DNA of 64,000 bases from an uncultured Pelagibacteraceae bacterium (GCA_902567235.1 CACFLX010000007.1:8754-72753), one strand, 5' to 3'; counted from the first letter of the stretch, positions 48,408-59,115 are shown. Translations and numbers: made by a program. Notes: generated by a model not told the origin, from the sequence alone.

Positions 48408-49535
48408 ATGTCTTTAAGCTCCGAAGTATTAAAATGGAAATACGAAAATTTTTTAGTAAATAAAAATAATAATTTTAATAAACAAGAAATTTTACAAATA
48501 CTTTCTCCTGAAGATATTGATGCTGCTTATAAAACAATATCAAGTTGGAAAAACTATTCACCTACTCCCTTAATTTCATTAAACAAATTAAATAAGAAAT
48601 TAAAACTAAATAAAATTTTTTATAAAGATGAGTCAAAAAGATTCCATTTAAAATCATTTAAAGCTCTTGGGGGAGCATATGCGGTTGAAAAAATAATTAA
48701 AGAAAATGATAAAAAAGTTATATCTACAGCTACAGCAGGAAATCATGGAAGATCAGTTGCATGGGGTTCACAAAAAAATAGTTTAAAATGTAAAATTTTT
48801 ATTAGTGAATTTGTTAGTGAGTCCAGAGCTGAAGTTATGAGGAGTTTTGGTGCAGATGTAATTAGAGTCAAAGGAAATTATGAAGACTCTTTAAATGAAT
48901 GTATTATGCAATCAAATAAAAATAATTGGCAAATAGTGCAGGATGTTGCTTGGGAAGATTATAAATTAGTGCCAAAATTAACTATGGCAGGATATTCTGT
49001 AATGATGAAAGAAATTTCCGAACAAATAAAAGTTGATAAAATTTCACATGTAATTTTACAGGCTGGAGTTGGTGGAATGGCGGCTGCTATGGTTGCTGGT
49101 ATTGCTAGATATTTAGACCATATTCCTCAAATTATAATAGTAGAACCAGACACTGCTGCATGTGTTTTGGAAAGTATTAAAACAGGCAAAATTGAAAAAA
49201 TTTCAATTGAAAAAGAAAGTATAATGGGTGGAATGTCTTGTGGAGAAGTTTCTTTGGTGCCTTGGGAAATACTGAAAAATTCAGTTCACTTCTGTGTGAC
49301 TGTTTCGGATGACTACATATCAAAAACCGTCAAATATTTAGCTAATAAAGAATTTGTTGATGAAAAAATTATAGGAGGAGAATGTTCAACCCCTGGAATA
49401 GCTAGTCTAGTTGGATTAAGTAATGATCTCGAGATAAGAAAAAAAATTAATTTAGATGAAAAATCAAATGTGCTTTTATTTGGTTGTGAAGGTGATGCGG
49501 ATGAGGAATTGTATCAAAAGTTACTAGCAGAATAA
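48408..49535 (+). CDS. dpaL: Diaminopropionate ammonia-lyase family (PLP fold type II)
   Basis: 'YSPTPL', 'KDESKRF.LKSFKALGG', 'ATAGNHGRSVAWG', 'QAGVGG', 'MGGMSCG'. Confidence 0.85.
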   Translation: MSLSSEVLKWKYENFLVNKNNNFNKQEILQILSPEDIDAAYKTISSWKNYSPTPLISLNKLNKKLKLNKIFYKDESKRFHLKSFKALGGAYAVEKIIKENDKKVISTATAGNHGRSVAWGSQKNSLKCKIFISEFVSESRAEVMRSFGADVIRVKGNYEDSLNECIMQSNKNNWQIVQDVAWEDYKLVPKLTMAGYSVMMKEISEQIKVDKISHVILQAGVGGMAAAMVAGIARYLDHIPQIIIVEPDTAACVLESIKTGKIEKISIEKESIMGGMSCGEVSLVPWEILKNSVHFCVTVSDDYISKTVKYLANKEFVDEKIIGGECSTPGIASLVGLSNDLEIRKKINLDEKSNVLLFGCEGDADEELYQKLLAE

Positions 49536-49548
49536 AAATTTAAAAAAA

Positions 49549-50010
49549 GTGAAAAAAATATATAAAAAGAATTCAAAAAATCTTGATTTCTACAAAATTT
49601 TTAAACCAGAATTAACACCCAAAAAAATGCTAGAGCTTGGAGTTTTTGGTGGTTCTTACTTTGGGTCAAAAATTAAAGAATTTCCTTCATCATGGTTTAA
49701 AAAAGCAAAACTTAGTAAAAATTTTGATGTTAATATAAATCGATTTAAAGTTAAGTCAGGACTTTCAAGGGAACATTGGATTGAAAAAGGATGGATCTTT
49801 AAAGAAGATCCCTTAGGATGGTTTCAATGGTATTGTAGATTTTATAACGGAAGAAGAATTGCTCAAATAGACGAGATCCAAATCAAAAGATGGAAAAATT
49901 TTAGACGACATGTTTTAGCAATTAAAAAAAATTGCGAAAAAAATAACCTTGAATGCAGAAGAAGGCAAAGACAAGCCATACTACAATGGGCTTATAATCC
50001 ATTTATTTAA
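49549..50010 (+). CDS. Conserved hypothetical protein (Trp-rich, basic)
   Basis: 'LTPKKMLELGVFGGSYF', 'DPLGWFQWYCRFY.GRR', 'QIKRW', 'RQAILQWAY'. GTG start. Confidence 0.7.
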   Translation: MKKIYKKNSKNLDFYKIFKPELTPKKMLELGVFGGSYFGSKIKEFPSSWFKKAKLSKNFDVNINRFKVKSGLSREHWIEKGWIFKEDPLGWFQWYCRFYNGRRIAQIDEIQIKRWKNFRRHVLAIKKNCEKNNLECRRRQRQAILQWAYNPFI

Positions 50011-50434
50011 TTTTTGTTTTAAAATCAATTCCATATTCTGACCTAGGACCTTTTCTTAATCCAAATGGACCTGGTATAAATATAGTCATTGGTTTTGTCC
50101 CTGGTTTCAAATCAACTCTATGAAAATTGTTTGCAGATCTAAATCCAATATAACCAGGTGGTCTCCAATGTTTTCCTGTTGTTGTTGTCTCCCAATATCC
50201 TCCTTTAATTATTATAGTAATATATGGACAGAGGTGATTATGCACTCCCTCACCGTGATCATCGTCAAGCATTTCGTGAATTATAATGTTAAATGGAAAC
50301 CACCTTGGACGATTTCTAAATAAAACGTAATATCTATTTAACCATGGTTTTGCTTCATTGAATTTTGGATGAGAAGGACCTCTGTCTAATACAGTTTTTT
50401 TTCTTCCCAATTTAGAGAGAACTTTAAGTAACAT
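50003..50434 (-). CDS. Hypothetical cupin-like protein
   Basis: His-rich pattern 'HEMLDDDH..VHNH....IIKGGYWE ... FHRV'. Confidence 0.6.
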   Translation of the reverse strand: MLLKVLSKLGRKKTVLDRGPSHPKFNEAKPWLNRYYVLFRNRPRWFPFNIIIHEMLDDDHGEGVHNHLCPYITIIIKGGYWETTTTGKHWRPPGYIGFRSANNFHRVDLKPGTKPMTIFIPGPFGLRKGPRSEYGIDFKTKIK

Positions 50435-50436
50435 TG

Positions 50437-51744
50437 CTAATTTAATTTTATAATTGCATTATCTCTAACAATAAACATTTCGTTATTTGCAATATATGGC
50501 CTAGAAATTTTTTGGTTATCAATTTTTATAATATCTATTGGTTTGCCTGTTAAAGTTTCAATAATTATTAATCTACCATTATTTAAACTCAAATATATTT
50601 TATCATTTGAAATAATAAATCCTTCTGGTCTTATATTTTTTTTCTTTGAATTCTTTATTAAACTTAATACATTTGTCATTCTAACAATATTCCCATTTCT
50701 GGGATCAATCGCTACAAGATAGCCTTCTAATGTTACTGTAAAAATTAAACCATCAGCATATGTAGGTCTTAAATTTGAGTTTAAATTTTGTTTCCATTTA
50801 ATTACCCCATTTCTTTCATCTATGGCAAAAAATTCATTTTTATTATTTGAAAAGAAAATTAAGTTATTTGCCGATATTAAGTCAGAATTTTTAAGTGAAA
50901 AATAATTTTCATATATAGAGCTACTCTGTGTTGGAGTTTGCCAAATTAAATTTCCTGTTTCTAAATCAACTGAACTTAAATCTCCCAATGTATTAATAAA
51001 AACTATATTATTATTATTAATAATAAGTGAAAGCTTTTGTTGTGACTTTATAAATGATTTTTCAGTTTTAAAGTTCCATATTTCTTCACCATTTTGTATT
51101 GAAAAGCATCGTAATATATTTTCAAAATCAATGACAAAAAATTTATCTTTGAATATTTTAACTTGGGAGTTAAATGGCGCGATATTACTTTTTGTCCAAA
51201 TAATCTCTCCTGTATTTATGTTTATTGCATAATATTTTGCTAAATTGTCCACAACAATTAAAATTTTATCATTTGACGCAAAATATAATATTGGATTTTG
51301 CTTTTTTTCATTATTAGAATAAATGTTGCTCTTCCAAACTAACTTATTATTTTTTGCAAAGTTCAAAACTGACCCTTTATCATTAAAAAATATTAAATTG
51401 TTATTATATGTTAATAATAATTCTGGTTGATATTGATCAAATTTATCAATTTTTGAAAATTTATATTTAGAAATTTTTTTTAATTCACTATTAAAATTTA
51501 TAACACCATTATTATTTGTAAGATTTTCATTAAAATTATTTTTTTTAGAATTAGTTTTTAATCTGATCTTAAGATCTACGTTAAATTCTTTTTCGTAAAT
51601 TTCAGCCTTCTCAAAGAGGTTTTTTTCATTATCTTTACTTTCTGATATTATTTTTTCTGTTTGTGTCCAAATCCCAGTTTTAGTATCAAATGAACAATTG
51701 ATAACAAAAAAAAATATTACAAAATAATAAAAATTTCTATTCAC
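50437..51744 (-). CDS. PQQ-like beta-propeller lipoprotein (BamB-like)
   Basis: 'INCS' lipobox-like motif and repeats 'A.....GE..W'. Downstream of a YfgM-like gene. Confidence 0.75.
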   Translation of the reverse strand: MNRNFYYFVIFFFVINCSFDTKTGIWTQTEKIISESKDNEKNLFEKAEIYEKEFNVDLKIRLKTNSKKNNFNENLTNNNGVINFNSELKKISKYKFSKIDKFDQYQPELLLTYNNNLIFFNDKGSVLNFAKNNKLVWKSNIYSNNEKKQNPILYFASNDKILIVVDNLAKYYAININTGEIIWTKSNIAPFNSQVKIFKDKFFVIDFENILRCFSIQNGEEIWNFKTEKSFIKSQQKLSLIINNNNIVFINTLGDLSSVDLETGNLIWQTPTQSSSIYENYFSLKNSDLISANNLIFFSNNKNEFFAIDERNGVIKWKQNLNSNLRPTYADGLIFTVTLEGYLVAIDPRNGNIVRMTNVLSLIKNSKKKNIRPEGFIISNDKIYLSLNNGRLIIIETLTGKPIDIIKIDNQKISRPYIANNEMFIVRDNAIIKLN

Positions 51745-52381
51745 TAAAGTCTCTGTTTAATCTTTTTTGTGTCTCAATGACTATACTTTCGTTGCTTTTT
51801 TCAAAATTAAGTATCTGATTATAAAAGTCTTTAGCTTTTTGTTTTTCATTTTTATCAAAAAAATACTCAGCTATTAGGTACAATGCATGAGATTTCCATA
51901 CACTATTAGAATTTATAACAGGTTTTAAAATATCAATTAAATTATTTTCTGTTTCAAAGTCTGCATTATATAAAGCTTTTTTGTAAATAATTAAGTTTTT
52001 AATTTCTTTATCAAGACTAACTTCATTAATTATAGTGTCAAAAAAATTATTAATTTCCTCAGACGAAGATTGAATTTCATTATCAATTATGAAATATAAA
52101 GCTAGTGGTGAATAAGTTGTGTCCTTTACATTTATTATCCCCACAAGTTCCTTTTTAAAAAAATTTTTATTGCTTGGTTTAAAGTTTACAACAATATTGT
52201 TATATTTATCAGATAAACTCTTGGTTTTTCTGTCCTGTATTTCTCCATACGCAAAATAAAAAATAACTATTAATATAATTAAAGTTAAACTTAGTATTAA
52301 TGTTTTTTTATTATTAATAAAAAAATTTTTAATTTTTTCATTCCTTGTATTAGAATTTATTATTGATATATCTTCATCCAT
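51737..52381 (-). CDS. Membrane-anchored TPR-like protein (YfgM/DUF2659-like)
   Basis: Single N-terminal TM segment, helical 'YSPLAL', 'WKSHALYLIAEY'. Precedes the BamB-like gene. Confidence 0.65.
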   Translation of the reverse strand: MDEDISIINSNTRNEKIKNFFINNKKTLILSLTLIILIVIFYFAYGEIQDRKTKSLSDKYNNIVVNFKPSNKNFFKKELVGIINVKDTTYSPLALYFIIDNEIQSSSEEINNFFDTIINEVSLDKEIKNLIIYKKALYNADFETENNLIDILKPVINSNSVWKSHALYLIAEYFFDKNEKQKAKDFYNQILNFEKSNESIVIETQKRLNRDFSE

Positions 52382-52382
52382 T

Positions 52383-55052
52383 TTAAATCATATTTCTTAA
52401 AACATACTGTAAAATTCCACCATTTTTATAGTATTCTAGCTCATTTTTTGTATCTATTCTGCACAATGTTTTAATTTTTTTTATATCTCCAGATATGTAC
52501 TTTATTTCTAAACCAACTTTATCCAAAGGTGAAATGCCTTTTTCGATATTAATTACACTTATTAACTCAGATCCTTTGAGTTTCAAATTTTCTCTGTTCA
52601 TTTTATCAATAAATTGTAGTGGTAATATTCCCATACCAATAAGATTTGATCTATGAATTCTTTCGAAACTTTCTGCAATAACTACTTTGATTCCTAATAA
52701 TTTGGTACCTTTTGCGGCCCAATCTCTAGATGAGCCAGTTCCATATTCTTTTCCACCTATTACCACTAAATCAGTTCCTCTTTTTTTATACTCCACTACA
52801 GCATCGTAAACTGTCATTACTTTACCTTCTGGAAATAATTTTGTAAAACCACCTTCGGTGCCTGGTGCTATTTCATTTCTAATTCTTATATTGGCAAATG
52901 TACCTCTCATCATAACTTCGTGATTTCCTCTTCTTGATCCATAAGAATTATAATCTTTTGGTAAAATTTGATGTTCCATAAAATATTCGCCAGTTGGACT
53001 TTCTTTTTGAATAGTTCCTGCAGGAGAAATGTGATCAGTTGTAACCATATCACCTAAAATCAACAATGGTCTAGCATCTTTAATTTGTTTAAATCCCTCT
53101 GGTTCATCCGGCATATTATCAAAAAATGGTGGTCTTTTTACATAAGTTGATCCTTCATCCCAATTATAAATACTACTTTTTTCAGTTTTAATTTTTTGCC
53201 ATTGAACTGGTCCTTCCGAAACATTGGAGTATCTTTTAATAAACATTTTTGCATTTAATGCTTCTGTTAAAGTATCCTCTATTTCTTTATTTGAAGGCCA
53301 AATATCTTTTAAAAAAATATCTTTATCATTTTTATCTTTTCCTAAAGGATCTTTATATAAATCTACTTCCATGTGACCGGCTAAAGCATAAGCAACAACA
53401 AGTGGGGGTGATGCTAAATAATTTCCTTTTATGTGTGGAGATATACGGCCTTCAAAATTTCTATTTCCAGATAAAACTGAGACAGCATATATATTTTCTT
53501 TTTCAATTGCTTCTACAATATTATCGGGCAATGGGCCTGAGTTTCCAATGCATGTTGTGCATCCATAGCCAACTAAATTAAACCCTAATTCATCTAAATA
53601 TTTATTAAGACCCGCTTTTTCCAAATAATCAGTTACCACTTGCGATCCTGGTGCTAGTGAAGTTTTTACCCAAGGTTTTGTTTTTAATCCCAATTCTACA
53701 GCTTTTTTTGCCAACAAACCTGCACCTATTAATACATTTGGATTAGAAGTATTTGTGCAAGATGTTATTGCAGCTATTAATATGGAACCATCTTTAATTT
53801 CAAATTCAGTTCCATTAACTTTTGAAATATGTTTTTCTTTTCTTTCTGTAGTGTTTTCAAAAACTTTTTTAAATTCTGATGATGCTTCATTTAATAAAAC
53901 TTTATCTTGTGGTCTTTTTGGTCCTGATATTGTTGGAACGATTGAAGACATATCTAGTGAAACCTTATCTGTAAATTCAATGTTTTCGCTAGCCCACATT
54001 CCCTGCTCTTTTGCATATTTTTCTACTGTAGAAACTATATGTTCATTTCTTCCTGAAAATCTTAAATATTTTAAAGTTTCATCATCAATTGGAAAAAAAC
54101 CACAAGTAGCTCCATATTCTGGGGCCATATTTGCGATAGTCGCTCTATCAGCAAGAGTTAGATTTTTCAATCCATCTCCATAAAATTCTACAAATTTTCC
54201 AACAACACCTTTATCTCTTAAAATTTTTACAACTGTTAAAACTAAATCAGTAGCTGTAGTGCCTTCAGGCATTTTATTTTTTACTTCAAAACCTATAACT
54301 TCAGGAATTAGCATTGAAATTGGTTGTCCAAGCATTCCAGCTTCAGCTTCTATTCCACCAACTCCCCAACCAAGTACTGATAATCCATTTACCATTGTTG
54401 TATGGCTATCTGTTCCAACTAAAGTATCAGGAAATAAATATTCGTCTTCTTTATATTTTTCAGACCAAACAACTTTTGATAGATACTCTAAATTTACTTG
54501 ATGACAGATACCAGTACCTGGTGGAACAATTCTAAAATTATTAAAAGCTTGCTGTCCCCACTTTAAAAAGGAATATCTTTCACCATTTCTTTTAAATTCT
54601 ATATCAACATTTTTTTCAAATGAATCAGGTTTTGCAGACTGATCAACCTGTACTGAATGGTCTATGACTAAATCAACGGTAGAAAGTGGATTGATAGTAT
54701 TTGGATCTTTATTTTTCTCCTTAACAGCTTCTCGCATTGCTGCCAAATCTGCTACCGCAGGTATTCCAGTATAATCTTGTAACAAAACTCTTGCAGGTCT
54801 GTAAGCTATTTCAGTATTCGATTTTTTTTCTTTTAACCATTTTTGAACTGCTTCTATTTGATCTTTGGAAACTGACAAATCATCTTCATATCTAAGTAAA
54901 TTTTCTAATAAAACTTTTAATGATTTTGGTAAATTTGAAATTCCTTTTAAACCATTTTTTTCTGCCTCTACTAAAGAAAAATATTTGTAATCTTTATTAT
55001 TTATCTTTATTGATTTTAGAGATTTAAATGAATTTTTGTTTCCAGGTTTCAT
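52383..55052 (-). CDS. acnA: Aconitate hydratase A
   Basis: 'LQDYTG', 'GICHQVNLE', 'DSHTTM', 'AITSCTNTSNP', 'GCTTCIGNSG', 'GSSRDWAAKG'. Confidence 0.98.
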   Translation of the reverse strand: MKPGNKNSFKSLKSIKINNKDYKYFSLVEAEKNGLKGISNLPKSLKVLLENLLRYEDDLSVSKDQIEAVQKWLKEKKSNTEIAYRPARVLLQDYTGIPAVADLAAMREAVKEKNKDPNTINPLSTVDLVIDHSVQVDQSAKPDSFEKNVDIEFKRNGERYSFLKWGQQAFNNFRIVPPGTGICHQVNLEYLSKVVWSEKYKEDEYLFPDTLVGTDSHTTMVNGLSVLGWGVGGIEAEAGMLGQPISMLIPEVIGFEVKNKMPEGTTATDLVLTVVKILRDKGVVGKFVEFYGDGLKNLTLADRATIANMAPEYGATCGFFPIDDETLKYLRFSGRNEHIVSTVEKYAKEQGMWASENIEFTDKVSLDMSSIVPTISGPKRPQDKVLLNEASSEFKKVFENTTERKEKHISKVNGTEFEIKDGSILIAAITSCTNTSNPNVLIGAGLLAKKAVELGLKTKPWVKTSLAPGSQVVTDYLEKAGLNKYLDELGFNLVGYGCTTCIGNSGPLPDNIVEAIEKENIYAVSVLSGNRNFEGRISPHIKGNYLASPPLVVAYALAGHMEVDLYKDPLGKDKNDKDIFLKDIWPSNKEIEDTLTEALNAKMFIKRYSNVSEGPVQWQKIKTEKSSIYNWDEGSTYVKRPPFFDNMPDEPEGFKQIKDARPLLILGDMVTTDHISPAGTIQKESPTGEYFMEHQILPKDYNSYGSRRGNHEVMMRGTFANIRIRNEIAPGTEGGFTKLFPEGKVMTVYDAVVEYKKRGTDLVVIGGKEYGTGSSRDWAAKGTKLLGIKVVIAESFERIHRSNLIGMGILPLQFIDKMNRENLKLKGSELISVINIEKGISPLDKVGLEIKYISGDIKKIKTLCRIDTKNELEYYKNGGILQYVLRNMI

Positions 55053-55055
55053 AAT

Positions 55056-55643
55056 TTATATATAAAAACTTGCTACACAACCAACAAGTAGGATGGACAT
55101 AGCATAATTAAACCTTTTAATGAATTCATTATTTGTCGCGAATTTTCTTAAAAATTTACCTAATAAAGCCCAACTTGTTATACTTAAAAAAGCAGTAACT
55201 GAACAAACTACAATTACTGTTATTGAAGAACTAATATAATTTTCTTGTGATACAAATTTAGAAATAAGAGTAATCGCTGCCATTACTCCTTTTGGGTTTA
55301 TAAATTGAAAAAAAAATGTTTCATAAAATTTAACAGGATTTTCTGTTTTTGATTGTGATTTGCCTTTTGAAAAAGAAATTTTATAAGCTAAGTAAATTAA
55401 AAATATTGATCCTAGGATTCTAATTATTTCTTGCAGATAAGGATATTTTTGAAAAACAGAAATTAAAGCAAATATTAATAAAACGACTAAAACAGTATAG
55501 CCCAAACCTACTCCTAAAATTATTGAAAGCGTTTTTCTTACTCCAAAATTAAAAGCTGAATAAGATGCTACAGCATTATTTGGGCCAGGTGTAAAACCCA
55601 TTGAAAATGAAATACCAATTAATAATAACAGTTCTGGGTGCAT
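55056..55643 (-). CDS. LysE/RhtB family exporter
   Basis: 'FTPGPNN', 'FQFINPKG' and about six TM segments. Confidence 0.88.
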   Translation of the reverse strand: MHPELLLLIGISFSMGFTPGPNNAVASYSAFNFGVRKTLSIILGVGLGYTVLVVLLIFALISVFQKYPYLQEIIRILGSIFLIYLAYKISFSKGKSQSKTENPVKFYETFFFQFINPKGVMAAITLISKFVSQENYISSSITVIVVCSVTAFLSITSWALLGKFLRKFATNNEFIKRFNYAMSILLVGCVASFYI

Positions 55644-55647
55644 TTAA

Positions 55648-55989
55648 TTAAGCTATCGGAAGACCGTTATCAGCTTTTTGTGAAGGATGAACTAAAGTAA
55701 CTTTTCCTTCTGTGTCTACTGATCCAAGAATTAAAACTTGGGAAACAACTCCTGCTATATTTTTTTCAGGAAAATTACAAACAGCTATAACTTGTTTTCC
55801 CTTTAAATTTTCTTCATTATAATAATGTGTAATTTGGGCAGAAGATTGTTTAATTCCTATTTCTTTTCCAAAATCCACTTCAACGACTAATGAAGGTTTT
55901 CGAGCCTTTTCGTTTTTCTTTACAGATATAACGGTCCCTAATCTTATATCTACTTTATTAAAAATATCGTAGGTTATTTGTTCTTTCAT
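55648..55989 (-). CDS. csaA: CsaA/Trbp111-like tRNA-binding/export chaperone
   Basis: 'VDIRLGT', 'SSAQIT..Y', 'NFPEKNIAG..SQVLILG'. Confidence 0.85.
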   Translation of the reverse strand: MKEQITYDIFNKVDIRLGTVISVKKNEKARKPSLVVEVDFGKEIGIKQSSAQITHYYNEENLKGKQVIAVCNFPEKNIAGVVSQVLILGSVDTEGKVTLVHPSQKADNGLPIA

Positions 55990-56016
55990 TTTTTTAATAT
56001 ATAATTGATTATATTT

Positions 56017-57207
56017 ATGAGTACAGAAAATAATAACAAGGAACTTTATAATAATTCAATAAAAATTTTAACAGATCTCATATCATTTAAAACAATTTCT
56101 GGGGAAGATAACAATTCTTTAATCAATTATTGTGATGATATTTTAAAAAAGCTAGGTGCAACTTCGTTTAAAACATTTGATGATGAAAAAAAAAGAGTAA
56201 ATCTTTTTGCTACATTAAAGGCAAAAAAACCAAATGGAAAAATTCCAATAATTTTATCAGGTCATACAGATGTGGTGCCTGTTTCCAAAGGTTGGTCTAC
56301 AGATCCATTCAAAGCTACAATTAAAGATGACAAGCTATATGGTAGAGGCTCTTGTGATATGAAAGGTTTTATTGCATGTGCATTAGCCTTTGCGCCAATT
56401 TTTTCAAAATCAAATTTAGATAGAGATATTAATTTTTCATTTACATTTGATGAAGAGACAGCTTGTATAGGGGCTCCATTGTTAATTAAAGAACTAAAAA
56501 AAAGAGGATTTAAAAAAGGAATATGTATTGTAGGTGAACCTACAAATATGAAAATTATTGATGCTCATAAAGGTGCTTATGAATATACAACATATTTTGA
56601 AGGTTTGGCTGGTCATAGTTCTCAACCTCACAAAGGAGTTAGTGCAGTCGAGTATGCAGCTAGATATGTTAATAAACTTATTGAACTAAGAGAAAAACTA
56701 AAAGATAGAGTTCCAAAAAATTCTATATTTGATCCTCCCTATTCTACTCTTTCTGTCGGAGGAATATTTGGAGGGATTGCACATAATGTAATCTCTGACA
56801 AATGTCATGTTAAGTGGGAAACAAGACCTGTAGTTAAAGATGATGCATTATATTTGAACGCAGAACTAGATAAATATGTTAATGAAATACTTTTGCCAGA
56901 TATGAAAAAAGTTTATCCAGAATCAAAAATTTCAAAAGAAATAATTGGAGAAATAATTGGATTTGATCGTGATGAAAAATCAGAGGCATGTGAGTTTGTT
57001 TCTAGCATAACAGGTGATAATTCAAGAGAAGTGGTTTCCTTTGGAACAGAAGCTGGTCTGTTCCAAGAAATAGGTATAAGCACTGCTGTATGTGGCCCAG
57101 GATCAATAGAACAAGCTCATAAAATAGATGAATTTATTAAATTAGAAGAAATTAATAAATGTTTAAATTTTTTGAATGGTGTTAAAGATAAATCAATACA
57201 AAATTAA
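56017..57207 (+). CDS. argE: Acetylornithine deacetylase-like M20 peptidase
   Basis: 'SGHTDVVP', 'YGRGSCDMKGF', 'DEE', 'VGEPT', 'FGTEAG', 'GPGSIEQAHKIDE'. ATG at 56017. Confidence 0.85.
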   Translation: MSTENNNKELYNNSIKILTDLISFKTISGEDNNSLINYCDDILKKLGATSFKTFDDEKKRVNLFATLKAKKPNGKIPIILSGHTDVVPVSKGWSTDPFKATIKDDKLYGRGSCDMKGFIACALAFAPIFSKSNLDRDINFSFTFDEETACIGAPLLIKELKKRGFKKGICIVGEPTNMKIIDAHKGAYEYTTYFEGLAGHSSQPHKGVSAVEYAARYVNKLIELREKLKDRVPKNSIFDPPYSTLSVGGIFGGIAHNVISDKCHVKWETRPVVKDDALYLNAELDKYVNEILLPDMKKVYPESKISKEIIGEIIGFDRDEKSEACEFVSSITGDNSREVVSFGTEAGLFQEIGISTAVCGPGSIEQAHKIDEFIKLEEINKCLNFLNGVKDKSIQN

Positions 57208-57211
57208 ATAA

Positions 57212-58114
57212 ATGTCAAAAAAATATCCAAGAGATATGATAGGTTATGGATCAAAAGAACCAAAAGTGGTTTGGCCAAATAATGCAAGACTTGCTTTACA
57301 AATAGTTCTTAACTATGAAGAAGGTGGTGAAAACAATATTCTTCATGGTGATAAACATTCTGAAACTTTTTTATCAGAAATTATAGGAGCCCAAGCATTT
57401 AAAGATAGACATATTAATATGGAATCTATGTATGAATATGGTTCAAGAAGAGGATTCTGGAGACTCCATAAATTATTTCAGGAAAAAAAAATACCCATAA
57501 CAATTTTTGGAGTTGCAATGGCTTTAGAAAGAAACCCAGAAGTATGTGAGGCAATAAAGAATGGAAATTATGAAATTGCCTGTCATGGCTGGAGATGGAT
57601 TGACTATCAAAACATAAAAAAAAGTACTGAAAAAAAAGATATGAAACTAGCTATTAAAACTATAAAAAAAATTTTTGGCAAAAGACCTTTGGGTTGGTAC
57701 ACGGGAAGATGTAGCCCAAATACTAGAGACTTGGTATTTGATGATGGTGGCTTTTTATATGATAGCGACTCCTACAGTGATGATTTGCCTTATTGGGAAT
57801 ATAAAAAAAATAAAAAACAATTAATTGTTCCTTATACTTTAGATAACAACGATATGAGATTTGCTACAAACCAAGGCTTTAACAGTGGAGATCAATTTTA
57901 TACATATTTAAAAGATAGTTTTGATGCTCTATATGAAGAAGGCAAAACTAATCCAAAAATGATGTCTGTAGGATTGCATTGTAGATTAATTGGAAGACCA
58001 GGAAGAATTCAGTCACTTAAAAAATTCTTAGATTATGCTCTAAAGTTTAATGATGTATGGATTTGTAAAAGAATAGATATCGCAAAACACTGGATTAAAA
58101 ATCATCCAAGCTAA
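57212..58114 (+). CDS. puuE: Allantoinase PuuE (polysaccharide deacetylase fold)
   Basis: 'YPRDMIGYG', 'VLNYEEGGE', 'ESMYEYGSR', 'HGWRW', 'PYTLDNNDMRF', 'GLHCRLIGRPGR'. Confidence 0.93.
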   Translation: MSKKYPRDMIGYGSKEPKVVWPNNARLALQIVLNYEEGGENNILHGDKHSETFLSEIIGAQAFKDRHINMESMYEYGSRRGFWRLHKLFQEKKIPITIFGVAMALERNPEVCEAIKNGNYEIACHGWRWIDYQNIKKSTEKKDMKLAIKTIKKIFGKRPLGWYTGRCSPNTRDLVFDDGGFLYDSDSYSDDLPYWEYKKNKKQLIVPYTLDNNDMRFATNQGFNSGDQFYTYLKDSFDALYEEGKTNPKMMSVGLHCRLIGRPGRIQSLKKFLDYALKFNDVWICKRIDIAKHWIKNHPS

Positions 58115-58122
58115 GAGAAAAA

Positions 58123-59115
58123 ATGAAAAAAAATAATATTATTTACTTAAATGGATTAATTGATTTAGCTCAGTCACGGCTGGGTTCTAAAATTATTTAT
58201 AAAACTGATGAATTTTTTGCACCTGCTAAAAGAATAATTAATCCTTGGCCACCTGTATTTAAAGAAGGTGTGTTTGATAAACACGGTAAATGGATGGATG
58301 GTTGGGAAACTAGAAGAAAGAGAACTAAAGGATATGATTATCTGATTTTAAAGTTTGGAAAACCAGGTGTTATAAAAAAAGTAGATGTTGATACATCTTA
58401 CTTTTCTGGAAATCATCCTAATCAAATTTCATTGCAAGCTTGTATTAGTAAAAAAAAAATACCTGATAAAAAAACTAAATGGATCACCATTATTAAAAAA
58501 AGTAAAACCAATGCAAATAGCCATCATTTTTTTAAAGTAAAAAATAAAAATTACTTTACTCATATAAAGTTAAATATTTTTCCTGATGGAGGAGTGGCAA
58601 GATTAAGAATTTATGGTTCTATGAAAACAAATAATAAAATTAATAGTAAAATTCAAAATTTAACATCAGTTGTTAATGGAGCGGTACCAATTGCTTGCAA
58701 TAACGAACATTTTGGAAGAGCAGAAAATATACTTGCTCCAGGCGTTGGAAAAAATATGGGTGATGGATGGGAAACTAGAAGAAGTAGAGGAAAAAATTTT
58801 GACTGGATAATAATAAAATGCTCATCACCAGGAAAAATTAATAAAATTCAATTAGATACTCATCATTTTAAAGGAAATTATCCAGACAAATGTTCAGTAC
58901 AAGCTGCTTATATTCCAAATAAAATTTCAGAAAAAAACATTGTTAACAAATCAAAAAGATGGGCCTATCTTCTTAATAAAATTAAACTCTATGCGCATAA
59001 AAAACATAATTTTAATAATAAAATAATGAAAAATAAAAAAATAAATTATATTAGAATTAATATTTTCCCTGATGGTGGGATTTCTAGAATAAGAGCCTTT
59101 GGAAAAGCTGAATGA
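58123..59115 (+). CDS. alc: Allantoicase
   Basis: Two repeats 'DGWETRR' and 'IFPDGG..R.R..G'. Confidence 0.93.
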   Translation: MKKNNIIYLNGLIDLAQSRLGSKIIYKTDEFFAPAKRIINPWPPVFKEGVFDKHGKWMDGWETRRKRTKGYDYLILKFGKPGVIKKVDVDTSYFSGNHPNQISLQACISKKKIPDKKTKWITIIKKSKTNANSHHFFKVKNKNYFTHIKLNIFPDGGVARLRIYGSMKTNNKINSKIQNLTSVVNGAVPIACNNEHFGRAENILAPGVGKNMGDGWETRRSRGKNFDWIIIKCSSPGKINKIQLDTHHFKGNYPDKCSVQAAYIPNKISEKNIVNKSKRWAYLLNKIKLYAHKKHNFNNKIMKNKKINYIRINIFPDGGISRIRAFGKAE

